Positions 47,911 to 57,392 of a stretch of 64,000 nucleotides of DNA are shown in pieces. The notes under the pieces were generated by a model. That model was not told the DNA's origin and made no database searches. It was given only the letters and a program-made list of their open reading frames with translations. The stretch covers positions 1 through 64,000 of IMG/VR virus record IMGVR_UViG_3300014969_000001; one strand, 5' to 3'. A program made the position numbers and the translations under genes. The stretch comes from a virus. Lineage: Duplodnaviria > Caudoviricetes. Numbering within the stretch: the first letter of the stretch is position 1; each line of letters opens with the position of its first letter.

Positions 47911-48615
47911 CTATAATTGTGTTTGTCCCCCTGCTCCCGTTACTCTATACTTCTCAGCTTGCTCGGCTAATCCTGCTGCTTGCTCATGCGTCATAGCGAA
48001 TCCCATAGCGAGCTTCTGTGCTTCAATCACATTCTGGCCACCGATCTTCATCTTATCCATAAGCGAGTTGTATTTAGCTGGACTCATCGCCGGCTTTGGA
48101 GCTTGTGGCGCTGCAGGTCTTGGAGGAGTGGGCGCAAATCCTGGGCGTGGTGGTGTCGGTGCTGGTGGTCTTGCGATATTCTGAACTACACCAACTGGAG
48201 CTACAGGAGAACCTTCATGCAGCGATAAAGCATGCTGTTCTTCTTCACCTGCTTCATCCTCTACAGCTTTCTTGGCAGATGCCAGGCTCTTAGTTGCATT
48301 CTTCGCCGACGAACCTTTACTGATAGCATTTGTAGCTTTATCGATAGACTTAATACCAGAAGCCACAGTGCTGAATCTGCTCATTGCCTCATTAAGTGGA
48401 TTCAATAATTCAGTAATGAAACTGAAATCAAGCTTCTCCGGAGTATCAGTCAATGCCATTGGCTGGATCTTACCAAAGGCATCTTTTACATCCTGACTTG
48501 CAGAAGCAGAAATTCTTGGAATCACACCTACAGTAAGCTTATCCCCGATTTTAAAGATTGTCAATGTAAGGCTTTCACCTTCGTTCAATTGGTCTGCGAT
48601 TGTTTTAAACAGCAT
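47911..48615 (-). CDS. PRTRC system protein E
   Basis: MLFKTI...LTVGVIP...PMALTDTPEKLD..F...L.P N-terminal domain plus low-complexity tail; start moved to 48615. Confidence 0.8.
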   Translation of the reverse strand: MLFKTIADQLNEGESLTLTIFKIGDKLTVGVIPRISASASQDVKDAFGKIQPMALTDTPEKLDFSFITELLNPLNEAMSRFSTVASGIKSIDKATNAISKGSSAKNATKSLASAKKAVEDEAGEEEQHALSLHEGSPVAPVGVVQNIARPPAPTPPRPGFAPTPPRPAAPQAPKPAMSPAKYNSLMDKMKIGGQNVIEAQKLAMGFAMTHEQAAGLAEQAEKYRVTGAGGQTQL

Positions 48616-48655
48616 AAGTTTTGCTTTTTTATGATTAGAAATTATTACTAAAAAT

Positions 48656-48697
48656 ATCAAAAGGAGAAAGAACCCCACAAATCTGCAGGGTTCTTTC
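48656..48697 (-). promoter_or_regulatory. Terminator hairpin fused to phage promoter-like motif copy 4
   Basis: Minus strand GAAAGAACCC..GGGTTCTTTC running directly into TCCTTTTGAT. Confidence 0.7.
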
Positions 48698-48700
48698 CAA

Positions 48701-51700
48701 TTAAAATAATGAAGTCTGTACAGCTACTGCCGGAAGCTTCCTTGTAACTCTTGGCGGTGGAGTCAGCCTGATAGCATCAGAAGGAGTCACTATCATGACC
48801 TCGGGCCTCTCAGTAAAGAGTGGCATCGTCGATGCTTCCTTTGCGTCATCATCCTCCTCTCTTTCCGGCTCTTTTGGTAAACCTATGATGCCTGGAATAT
48901 CCGTCGGGAAATCTACCAGTGTGATAAGATGGCTGATATCATACTGATCAAGTTGCGGTCCTTCAGTAAGCTCTTCATGCTTCTCCTGCTTTGGCTCCTT
49001 CAGGAGTGGCGTTTGGTCACCTTGCTTATCCTCAATAGCGATTGCTCCACGCTGCACAATAAACTGCTTCAGCATTTCTTCTTCGCCTTGCTCATTGTCT
49101 GGATTGATATAGGTCGTTGCCTGGCTATAATTAATAACCTCACGCTTCACTATACCCATGATGGCAAGCTCCTTCGCTTCTGTTGGTGTGATGTGCGTTA
49201 GTACAAATCTCTCCAACCTGCTGACAGTTCGCTTCACTACAGCCTGGCCAGTGCCAACGAGAACACGATAACCATCATCAAGCTTCTGCCGGATCTGTTC
49301 ATAAGAAAGATAGATACCTCCCTTTACCATTCCAAGATTCTGCATAGTCTTCATCATAAGGTCATGTGGAAGCACGCGCCCTATGAATCGCTCTCCTGGA
49401 AGCTGAACTGCAATAACTCTGTAATCAGAATCATGCTCTTCCTCATCGAAGAAGTTGCGCTGCTCACTTCTTACTGCAATGTTCGCCCAAACCGGAATGA
49501 TGGCGCCAGTAATTACATGAAGCGTTTGCTCCTTGATAGATGGCGTAGCTTCAATCTGCTTATTCCAAAGCTCCATACCAAGCGATGTAGGTATAGATTC
49601 ATCACCGGTACCATTCCGCATACTGATATCTAACTCCTCCCGAGAATAGAGCATTGCTGAAGTCGGACCTACCCTGCGATAGATTTCCTTCTTAGAGCCA
49701 TCGCCTTCAATGGTCGTGCTTACATGCGTATGCACAAAGATATTCCCTGATTTCTTATTCTTATAGAATCCTTGGAAATGACCACCACCAAGCTTCTGCT
49801 CTCCGGAAGAAGAAAGATAAACACCCTCACGAGCATGCTCCGCAGTTACAAACTTCCGCTTAACCTGCGTCTTTAACTCCACAAGATAAGTCTTTGCTCC
49901 TGTTTCAGCATCCTTGTGAATCAGCTGTTGTGATACTTTCTCTATCTTATCAGCTTTCAGATACTCCATACCGGTTTCAAGCTCACCTCTCTCCCTTGCT
50001 TGCTCGATAAGCATGACCATGATATTATACCACACCTCAAACACGTTCTTCTGCATATCACAATGCAGCGCAAGTAATCGATTCAGGAACTGAGTAACTG
50101 GTGGCATCTTTGGAGCATCACCACCACCACCTTCAAGCTTGCTCTTAGCAAATCCCATCTGCCGACAAACTTCAGTATAGCTAAGGCCTTGCTCTGCAAA
50201 TTCACCATAGCGAAGTCCTCTGAAGAAAGCCTGTATTGCTGATGATGCATAAGGCCCTTCCAGGTTATCCTCCGGCTTAAATATCCCTCCGGATGCAGCC
50301 TTACGATTACCTTTGGTGAGAGAACCTAATTGCTCAATCCTGCGAGCTATAGAAGTGATAAATCGCTTCTGCCCTGGCAAATCTGTAGTAGCGAGCTTAT
50401 ACTTCGGCGGCACGCGCTGATTATTCCTGTGCGACCTTCCTAAGCCCTGAATAGCCTTATCAGCAATCCATCCCATCTGACCACCATAATGAACACGACG
50501 CTGCTGATTGAGAGAGTTCAGGTCTGAATGAAATGAACGACCAGTACCACCTGCTTCCGAGAAGATGATGATACGGCGCTTGCCAGCCATAAACTCACGG
50601 GTTTCAGCCGAGCACTTGCGCTTTCCGCGTGTTTCCCTTACAAGCTTATGATCTACATTTACATATCGCTCGCTTCTGCCTGTAACCTCTGCTACATTCT
50701 CATGGCCGAAGTGCTCCAAGATCATATCCAAAGCACCTTTCGGCACCTGAATATCTGCAATCTTTAAGAGCAATTCATCACGCATCTGAATAGCCATTGG
50801 ATCCAATAAGAATTCCTCCATTGGCACAAGTTCCGGCTTCTTAGTGACAGGATTAAGCTTAACCTCCATCTTCTGATTGCCATCTTCATCCAACACAGCT
50901 TTCTTCACTGGCTCCGAAGATGTGGTATTCCCTGTCCACACTTCTTCATACATCACAATCGGATAATGCTTTCTGATCAAGTCAATCAATGCATCCTTTG
51001 GACTTATATCCAGGTTGTCATAGCCATCACCGCTAATGATAGCATTCTTCACCGCTCTACCAGTTGCTGCTTCTTCTGTATTTACTAGCTGAAAGACGCA
51101 TGAATTATCCTGAGCCAACTCCATTTCCATATCCTTCAGGACTGTAGGCATCTGCAATGAAGTAAGCAGCTGATTAAAGAAGCGCTGCATAGTACCATAG
51201 AACTGCGCAAGCACTTGTCCTTTAGCCTGGCGATTCTGCCCTGCACCAGTTAGCTCTAAAGCTTCCTCGATATAGACAAGAGCCAGCTGCCAGCCATCAC
51301 AAGCATCATCATAGATCTTCCGCTGCGCTTCTGTAAGCTTGTGCTCCAATACCTCAAACTCAGTACCCGAATAGGATAAAGAAGTCGCCCGATATAAACC
51401 AAGCGCTTTCATATCCTTAGCGATTAATTCCATTCCGAGCATGCCAGTAGCATTTACTTTGCTCACGAAGGCTTCCGTATCAGCAAAGGCATTTGAGTGC
51501 GGCCCTGCTAATCCCATGCGCTCTACAGCATAAGCCAGATTGCTTACTTCCGTTGCTGCAGTAGCTGATGCCATAGCTATTACAGCTTCCGGCATGGCAT
51601 TGATAAGCTCAATACCCTGCACCGCTTTCTTAGCTACCTTCTTGGCACCACGCTTACCAGATTCAGATAGGGAATTCTTCAGCTCATGGCTTTCATCATA

Positions 51701-53461
51701 GAGAATGATATCCGGCTTCCAATCTACAAGCTGCTTAAACCGATCGGTTCCTTTCGTCTTGACAGTAAGCACACCATTCTCATCCCGCGTTTCCTTAATG
51801 TGCTGCTTCCGAGATGCCATCATGTAAGTTGAGAAGATGATTCCCGATTCGAGTGTTATATCCCCTTTCAATTTCTCATGGGGAATGATAAACTTCTCAT
51901 CGCCGCCTATCCATTTCCAATCCCGGATTGCATCATTAATCAGCTCACCGGTCTTTGAAACCCACAAGATCTTCCGCATACCCTTCATCATGCAAGCCAT
52001 CGCCACAGCTGCTAACTGCGCTCCCTTGCCTACTCCGGTTCCATCGCCGACGAGGAAAGTCTTTCTTGTCCTTGTACCAGGAATCCTTTGCGCATTAGAA
52101 TTCATGGCATAGAACAATCCTTCCAGCTGCACATCAGACAGACGGCCGCTAGTGATAATCTCCCTCGGAAAGCTAAACTTCACTCTTGGAATAGGCGGCT
52201 TTACTGCTCGCATAGCATCGGATTCTACCAATGCTACTTTATGCGGCTTTGCTAATGGATGATAGAGAAATGGCTTATAGTTCATGAAAAGCTCAATCTC
52301 CTCATCTTCCTCTATCTTCAACTGTGCCATCACTGCTTTCCGTATTGGCGGTGGTGGTGGAAGCACCGGCTTACGGATTGGTGGCGGCGGCGGTAATACA
52401 GGCTTAGCTGGCATTTCGGCTGGATATTCCTCGATTCTTCCAGGAAGCGGAACGATCGCTTTCACTTCACGCTTAGCTCGCTTTCTGAGCGGATCTAATA
52501 ATGTGAATAGTTCACCCACTCTCTCCACCTGACCAATATAAACCGGTTCATTTACAGTCGGTCCGGTTTTATCGATGATTACTAATCGTGTATTAAATGA
52601 GGTACCGAATTTCTTATAGAAGTTCTCTGGTACTCCAATATTACATCTGATAGTATATCCAAGTGATATCTTCTTCCAGAATGCCTTATAGCTATCTGCG
52701 GCAAAGTGCATCCCTGCATCTCCATCTCTGCCTCCTGGAAGGATTGCTACTACCCGGCCACCATCGGCAAGCTGCATTAAAGCTTTCTCTAAATGGTTCG
52801 ATGCCACATAGCGCGATGATACCCCTTTCATTCCCTCGCTTGAGAATGGAGGATTCATTAGGATTACATCTGGCTTCAGCTTTGGATAATAGGCGAAGAT
52901 CTGGCATGCATCACTCCGCTGCAGCATCTTAAACTTATCATGCTCCCCTACTGGCAAAGCATTTATCAGATCCTTTACAAGCGTAAAGCGATAAGGCTCA
53001 TATTCATTTACCCATAGCGCCTTTGGATGCGCGAGAGAAGCGAATGTAGCCAGGCCAAGCAATCCTGCTGATGGCTCCATAACTGTATCATCCGGCATAA
53101 TCCCTGCAGCCCACGCTGCTATATAAGCAAAGTGAGGCGGCGTAGAGAACTGCTGAAAGGCAAGCATCTGATCAGTCCTGGCATTGTGGGTAGGAAGCTT
53201 ATTCAGATCATCTACTATCTGCTTGTAGAATATAGCAGCACGATCAAGCCCGACAGCCAGAGAAAAGGTGCCGGCCGACTGATGGCGTTCTATAATATAC
53301 AAGTTGTGGGCTATCTGTAAAGCATCCCACAGTTGTGTGCGGTCACTTACATAACCGATAGCGTCGGCCAGCTTATATAGCTGGTCATGGGACAGGTCTT
53401 TCTGCCCCACGAACTGGCGCTTTATTACTTGCGCCAGTTCAATGAGTTGTTCATTCTTCAT
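48701..53461 (-). CDS. N6-adenine methyltransferase fused to strawberry-notch SF2 helicase
   Basis: QQFSTPP, MEPSAG, MNPPFS; LSDVQLE, GDGTGVGKG, DESH, AEVTGRS, SEAGGTG, IQGLGRSHRNNQ. Confidence 0.9.
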   Translation of the reverse strand: MKNEQLIELAQVIKRQFVGQKDLSHDQLYKLADAIGYVSDRTQLWDALQIAHNLYIIERHQSAGTFSLAVGLDRAAIFYKQIVDDLNKLPTHNARTDQMLAFQQFSTPPHFAYIAAWAAGIMPDDTVMEPSAGLLGLATFASLAHPKALWVNEYEPYRFTLVKDLINALPVGEHDKFKMLQRSDACQIFAYYPKLKPDVILMNPPFSSEGMKGVSSRYVASNHLEKALMQLADGGRVVAILPGGRDGDAGMHFAADSYKAFWKKISLGYTIRCNIGVPENFYKKFGTSFNTRLVIIDKTGPTVNEPVYIGQVERVGELFTLLDPLRKRAKREVKAIVPLPGRIEEYPAEMPAKPVLPPPPPIRKPVLPPPPPIRKAVMAQLKIEEDEEIELFMNYKPFLYHPLAKPHKVALVESDAMRAVKPPIPRVKFSFPREIITSGRLSDVQLEGLFYAMNSNAQRIPGTRTRKTFLVGDGTGVGKGAQLAAVAMACMMKGMRKILWVSKTGELINDAIRDWKWIGGDEKFIIPHEKLKGDITLESGIIFSTYMMASRKQHIKETRDENGVLTVKTKGTDRFKQLVDWKPDIILYDESHELKNSLSESGKRGAKKVAKKAVQGIELINAMPEAVIAMASATAATEVSNLAYAVERMGLAGPHSNAFADTEAFVSKVNATGMLGMELIAKDMKALGLYRATSLSYSGTEFEVLEHKLTEAQRKIYDDACDGWQLALVYIEEALELTGAGQNRQAKGQVLAQFYGTMQRFFNQLLTSLQMPTVLKDMEMELAQDNSCVFQLVNTEEAATGRAVKNAIISGDGYDNLDISPKDALIDLIRKHYPIVMYEEVWTGNTTSSEPVKKAVLDEDGNQKMEVKLNPVTKKPELVPMEEFLLDPMAIQMRDELLLKIADIQVPKGALDMILEHFGHENVAEVTGRSERYVNVDHKLVRETRGKRKCSAETREFMAGKRRIIIFSEAGGTGRSFHSDLNSLNQQRRVHYGGQMGWIADKAIQGLGRSHRNNQRVPPKYKLATTDLPGQKRFITSIARRIEQLGSLTKGNRKAASGGIFKPEDNLEGPYASSAIQAFFRGLRYGEFAEQGLSYTEVCRQMGFAKSKLEGGGGDAPKMPPVTQFLNRLLALHCDMQKNVFEVWYNIMVMLIEQARERGELETGMEYLKADKIEKVSQQLIHKDAETGAKTYLVELKTQVKRKFVTAEHAREGVYLSSSGEQKLGGGHFQGFYKNKKSGNIFVHTHVSTTIEGDGSKKEIYRRVGPTSAMLYSREELDISMRNGTGDESIPTSLGMELWNKQIEATPSIKEQTLHVITGAIIPVWANIAVRSEQRNFFDEEEHDSDYRVIAVQLPGERFIGRVLPHDLMMKTMQNLGMVKGGIYLSYEQIRQKLDDGYRVLVGTGQAVVKRTVSRLERFVLTHITPTEAKELAIMGIVKREVINYSQATTYINPDNEQGEEEMLKQFIVQRGAIAIEDKQGDQTPLLKEPKQEKHEELTEGPQLDQYDISHLITLVDFPTDIPGIIGLPKEPEREEDDDAKEASTMPLFTERPEVMIVTPSDAIRLTPPPRVTRKLPAVAVQTSLF

Positions 53462-53479
53462 GCAGAATAAATTGATTAT

Positions 53480-54037
53480 TTAAACTTCGGTCATATAAAT
53501 GCTATCACCTTCCCGATGAGTATCATAAGGTTTTTGAAGAGCAATTTTAGCTAACCACTTCTTACTGTAACGATCTACAACAGCATGGCCTGTGTATTCA
53601 TTGATGTAGAATGGCTCCATGTTGTTGTCATCATTGGCAAATTCAGTATCCGTATCATGAACGAAGATAAGGCGCTCATTTTGCTCAAAATGAGGATTCA
53701 GGCTCTGCTCTTCAATAATATTACGAGCTACATCTATACCATCTTTATGGTACAAATTTAAGCAGGCATTACCATGAAAGCAGCCACCTTTCTCCATATC
53801 GGAAACGATACCGCAATCTTCCGGAAGCACTAATGTTTCCTTATTGAGTGCGATAAATGTTCCTTTACGCTTTCCGATTGGCACGATCTCCAGGCATAAT
53901 TCATCCTTTGAATTGAGTCCTGTGCTCTTAACCTTTCCACGAATAGAAGAAGTCATAGCCATTCCATTGATTGTGAAGGCTGCTACAATTTTGCCGAGAT
54001 AAGCGGCTCTTGGGATTTGATTTTCTGTGTTTGGCAT
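53480..54037 (-). CDS. Hypothetical protein
   Basis: Start moved to MPNTEN at 54037; FHGNACLNL and HAVVDR blocks. Confidence 0.7.
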   Translation of the reverse strand: MPNTENQIPRAAYLGKIVAAFTINGMAMTSSIRGKVKSTGLNSKDELCLEIVPIGKRKGTFIALNKETLVLPEDCGIVSDMEKGGCFHGNACLNLYHKDGIDVARNIIEEQSLNPHFEQNERLIFVHDTDTEFANDDNNMEPFYINEYTGHAVVDRYSKKWLAKIALQKPYDTHREGDSIYMTEV

Positions 54038-54065
54038 AACAGTTAGGTTTAAATTAATTTGAAAT

Positions 54066-54114
54066 ATCAAAAGGAGAAAAGACAACAAAAAAAGGGCAGC
54101 CATAAGCCGCCCCC
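54066..54114 (-). promoter_or_regulatory. Terminator plus phage promoter-like motif copy 5
   Basis: Minus strand GGGCGGC-TTATG-GCTGCCC-T7, then TTTTCTCCTTTTGAT. Confidence 0.7.
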
Positions 54115-54139
54115 TTAACCTTATATGTAATTTATGGTA

Positions 54140-56143
54140 TTACCACTCTAAATCATCTGGCTGATCAGAAGCAACCTGCATTACAGGCTTAACTTCCTGC
54201 TTTAGCACTTCTGCTGATACAGGTCTGATATAAGTACCATCAGTGTAAAGCATGCCGGTATTCTCAGCATAAATCCATTCACCTTCACTTTCATTATCAC
54301 CTGGACCTACATGCCAATAGCAATCCTGCTCAGCAATCTTCTCACCTTTCTTCAAAGCGCGATATCCTTCTGGAATCTCTAACTTAAAGGGCTCTGCAAC
54401 TGGATTCGAAGTTTCAATTTCAGAAGTTTCTTCCAGCACACGAAGTACGAAGAAGTCATCTGCTGGTTTCACAGTAGTTGCCACGCGCTCTGTAGGAATC
54501 GGCAGCCATTCGGTACCATCCATACCGATGTAGATATCTTCAGGATATAGACGCATTCCTACGCCAACAACCATATAGCCTTCTGGTACTTCACACTGGT
54601 CTTGCCATCTGTCTGTAATTATATCCTTAGTCAGTTCCTTAGACACATCGTTAGACATGCTAGACGTTTCGTTAGACATAATAACCTCTTTAGCATTGTC
54701 TATAGCTTCTTCTGCTGCAGCAATAATAGACTCAACTTTAGACACGGTTGCAGGTTCTTCTGGATATTGCTCATCTACCACTACAACTGCTACTGCAGGA
54801 CGAATAAAGAACCAGCCTTCACTAGCATCAGACTTCTTAACCTTCTTGCCGATTCTATCTGCAGTTACTTCATCCCAGTAATCCTGACCTTCCGCATCTT
54901 TATTCAGGAAGTAATCACCTTCCTTGATAGTCATCAATGCACCAAGCAATTCATAACCATCCGGAGCAATAGGCAATGCAACTTCAGCTATCACCTTCTT
55001 TACCTTTTCTGCTTTGGCAGTTGGAGTAGGTTCTGATGTTATGAGTGCCTCTTGTTCTTTTATAATTTCTTCAACAGTTCCGAATTCCGGATTTGCATAA
55101 GAAAGACGCTCTCCTACCATCGGAGCATCGGCAGTAATTGGTACCTCAGTATAGACATTTGTACCATTCTCAAACTCCTTCACATGAGTTGCCTTCAAGA
55201 AGTTATCCAGCTTCAATGCATAGAAATTGAAAGCTTGCAAATACTTGCCATGGAATTCCAATAGCGACAGATCTGTATCTCTCAAAGCTTCATTGATAGC
55301 CTGATAGCATTGCCATGCAGAACCACCACCTTGCTCAGTCTTAATCCGATAGTCATAGTGCGAGTGGAAGATTAGATAGTGCATATCTTTTGCCACACGA
55401 TCATCAATCACTTCTTCAAGGCCTGAATAGTCCTTGTGCTTAATACAAGCCTGCACATAATGCATCCGGGCAATAATAGCTTTGATATCTTCCAATGACA
55501 ACCATCTGTCCTGAAGCTTCTCAATGCTGTTCACGATGTGCATGGCGTGTGATGAATAGTTATCTAAAATATCCACCAACTTTGGAATTACATCGGAATA
55601 CAGATTCGCTTCATCCCCTTTCATGAGGTATCGATCTGAAGGAATATTAATAGCATTCGTGTCCATATAGCGGGCTCCAAATGTTACTTCCAGGCGCTTC
55701 TTCTCTAATGAATACAAGCAGGAAAGCACCATCTGATACTTGCGCTCATCACCGATCGGAATCTGGAATAAGATGCGACCATAGCGAATACTTACATCTA
55801 CCTGGTCCTCATAGTTAAGAGTACCTTCTTCAGTAAGCTCCTGTTCTTCTTCCCGGCTTTCATCAAGCAATTCCCTTGTATTAGGCTTACCTGAGCGACC
55901 TACCATTACCTGCTTGCCATTCACGCTTGTAACAGACAAATGCGAAGCATACAAAGTAGGAACACCGATACGCCCTATTGAATTCTCATAGCGTAAGAGT
56001 GTGCTCATTATTTCCTCATACACATCGAACGGACGCACTGTCATTATATCCGTTTCAGAGTGCTTGAGTTCATTTACCGTGATCTCACGAATCTTTGTAC
56101 CATTGGACAGTAAATTAACTGCCATATCAAGAGTCATCTTCAT
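54140..56143 (-). CDS. Protein with possible DUF932-like N-terminus and three C-terminal P(E/D)GY repeats
   Basis: Start moved to MKMTLD at 56143; three ~55-aa repeats; acidic end DDLEW. Confidence 0.6.
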   Translation of the reverse strand: MKMTLDMAVNLLSNGTKIREITVNELKHSETDIMTVRPFDVYEEIMSTLLRYENSIGRIGVPTLYASHLSVTSVNGKQVMVGRSGKPNTRELLDESREEEQELTEEGTLNYEDQVDVSIRYGRILFQIPIGDERKYQMVLSCLYSLEKKRLEVTFGARYMDTNAINIPSDRYLMKGDEANLYSDVIPKLVDILDNYSSHAMHIVNSIEKLQDRWLSLEDIKAIIARMHYVQACIKHKDYSGLEEVIDDRVAKDMHYLIFHSHYDYRIKTEQGGGSAWQCYQAINEALRDTDLSLLEFHGKYLQAFNFYALKLDNFLKATHVKEFENGTNVYTEVPITADAPMVGERLSYANPEFGTVEEIIKEQEALITSEPTPTAKAEKVKKVIAEVALPIAPDGYELLGALMTIKEGDYFLNKDAEGQDYWDEVTADRIGKKVKKSDASEGWFFIRPAVAVVVVDEQYPEEPATVSKVESIIAAAEEAIDNAKEVIMSNETSSMSNDVSKELTKDIITDRWQDQCEVPEGYMVVGVGMRLYPEDIYIGMDGTEWLPIPTERVATTVKPADDFFVLRVLEETSEIETSNPVAEPFKLEIPEGYRALKKGEKIAEQDCYWHVGPGDNESEGEWIYAENTGMLYTDGTYIRPVSAEVLKQEVKPVMQVASDQPDDLEW

Positions 56144-56188
56144 TTTAATGAGGGTTTTTGGTTTTAACTTAAAATTTTTTATAGTTAA

Positions 56189-56240
56189 ACAGGCGGCCAC
56201 CCCCCTCTAAACTAAATCGTTCAGAGAGGGCAGCCACTGT
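56189..56240 (-). terminator. Long hairpin (terminator or RNase III-type site)
   Basis: About 20-bp stem with G-U pairs on the minus strand; weak U tract. Confidence 0.5.
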
Positions 56241-56244
56241 TTAA

Positions 56245-56976
56245 TTAGAATGGTAGATCATTGTCTTCTTCTTCTTCAGTGAACATTGCTGTTACTGTAC
56301 CCATTTGCGATGTCTTTGCTTCTGGAGCTGCGGCTGCAGCTGCTGCACTTGTATTCACCGCCGGCGCTGCTGCTGTAGTTGCAGCTGGCTTTGGATTAGG
56401 ATTAGGACGCATCCAGTCAAACTTACCAGACCAATAATCAAAGCTATCCACTTTATTGATAAAACGGATCTGCTGATAGAATTTACCTTCAGGATGCGTT
56501 GATACTGTTGGCCAGTCATAAGTCACACAAGCTTCTTTGCCAACGAGCTTATATTGCTCATCACATTTAACCGCCGAATTAAGATTCTGAACCAAGCCTT
56601 TCAACTTGTTCACTTCCAAAGTATCGACAATGCTTGATACCTTGCTGAAAGGAACATTGAAAACTTTCAGGAGAATATCACGCAATCTATTCAGCTGCTT
56701 AATATTGATTTCCTTGAAGCCTAATCCTGGCTGACCTGGATCTATTAAGCCTGAGTTCTTGTCAAGCATAAAATAATCATCGCTTTCGAAAACCGGCTGG
56801 CCTTCTTTCACAAAGCCTGTATCGAATACAATGCTAAGGATGAAATGCCCTTTATCAGTATAGCGATGGGTTACACCCACTACCGGCCAGATATAAATGC
56901 CTCTCTTGAGGAATTTACCTTCTTTGCTTTCTGCTAATACTTGTTCTTCTGTTTTTTCAAATTCAATCTTTGCCAT
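56245..56976 (-). CDS. Putative single-stranded DNA-binding protein
   Basis: Beta-rich N-terminus, Ala/Pro linker, acidic tail EEEEDNDLPF. Confidence 0.6.
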   Translation of the reverse strand: MAKIEFEKTEEQVLAESKEGKFLKRGIYIWPVVGVTHRYTDKGHFILSIVFDTGFVKEGQPVFESDDYFMLDKNSGLIDPGQPGLGFKEINIKQLNRLRDILLKVFNVPFSKVSSIVDTLEVNKLKGLVQNLNSAVKCDEQYKLVGKEACVTYDWPTVSTHPEGKFYQQIRFINKVDSFDYWSGKFDWMRPNPNPKPAATTAAAPAVNTSAAAAAAAPEAKTSQMGTVTAMFTEEEEDNDLPF

Positions 56977-57024
56977 AAGCTTTTGTAGTTGTTTAATTTG
57001 TAAAAATTATAATGATTTAAATAA

Positions 57025-57040
57025 ATCAAAAGGAGAAAAA
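57025..57040 (-). promoter_or_regulatory. Phage promoter-like motif copy 6
   Basis: TTTTTCTCCTTTTGAT 49 nt upstream of ATG 56976. Confidence 0.65.
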
Positions 57041-57041
57041 A

Positions 57042-57392
57042 TTACATATTCTCCTCTCTGTCTTTCTTAAAGTAGGGTACTTCCATTGCCCAATCCTCTG
57101 TATCTTCAGGATCAATGATAAAGGAATAGCCATTGTCATTCACTTCGACGCTATGGCATTTCTTACAGGCCTTAGCATTAAAGTAAAAGCCTGTACCACC
57201 ATAAGCAGTATAGGCTATAAGCTTCTCATGACTTCCACAGATACATATTCCGGAAGAACCCTGACGCCATTTCTGATTGACTTTATACCTATCTTGGTAT
57301 AGACGACTGCAGGGATGATCGCTGCTGCCGCTATACTCAAAGTACCAGATAGTATTGTCAGCGAACTTTACAGCTCCGACTGCATTACTCAT
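57042..57392 (-). CDS. Putative Zn-binding protein
   Basis: GAVKFAD..WYFEY.G.SD, CICG...ACKKC. Confidence 0.65.
   Translation of the reverse strand: MSNAVGAVKFADNTIWYFEYSGSSDHPCSRLYQDRYKVNQKWRQGSSGICICGSHEKLIAYTAYGGTGFYFNAKACKKCHSVEVNDNGYSFIIDPEDTEDWAMEVPYFKKDREENM

Noticed and set aside
48616-48678. Apparent hydrophobic signal peptide MGFFLLLIFLVIIS on PRTRC-E
   Set aside because: It is the translation of the terminator/promoter motif; the family N-terminus begins at MLFKT (48615)
54038-54103. Apparent signal peptide MAALFLLSFLLLIFQ
   Set aside because: Same artefact; the extension spans the terminator and promoter motif
56144-56200. N-terminal extension MAACLTIKNF from a GTG start
   Set aside because: The start lies inside the intergenic hairpin; an A-rich leader precedes ATG 56143
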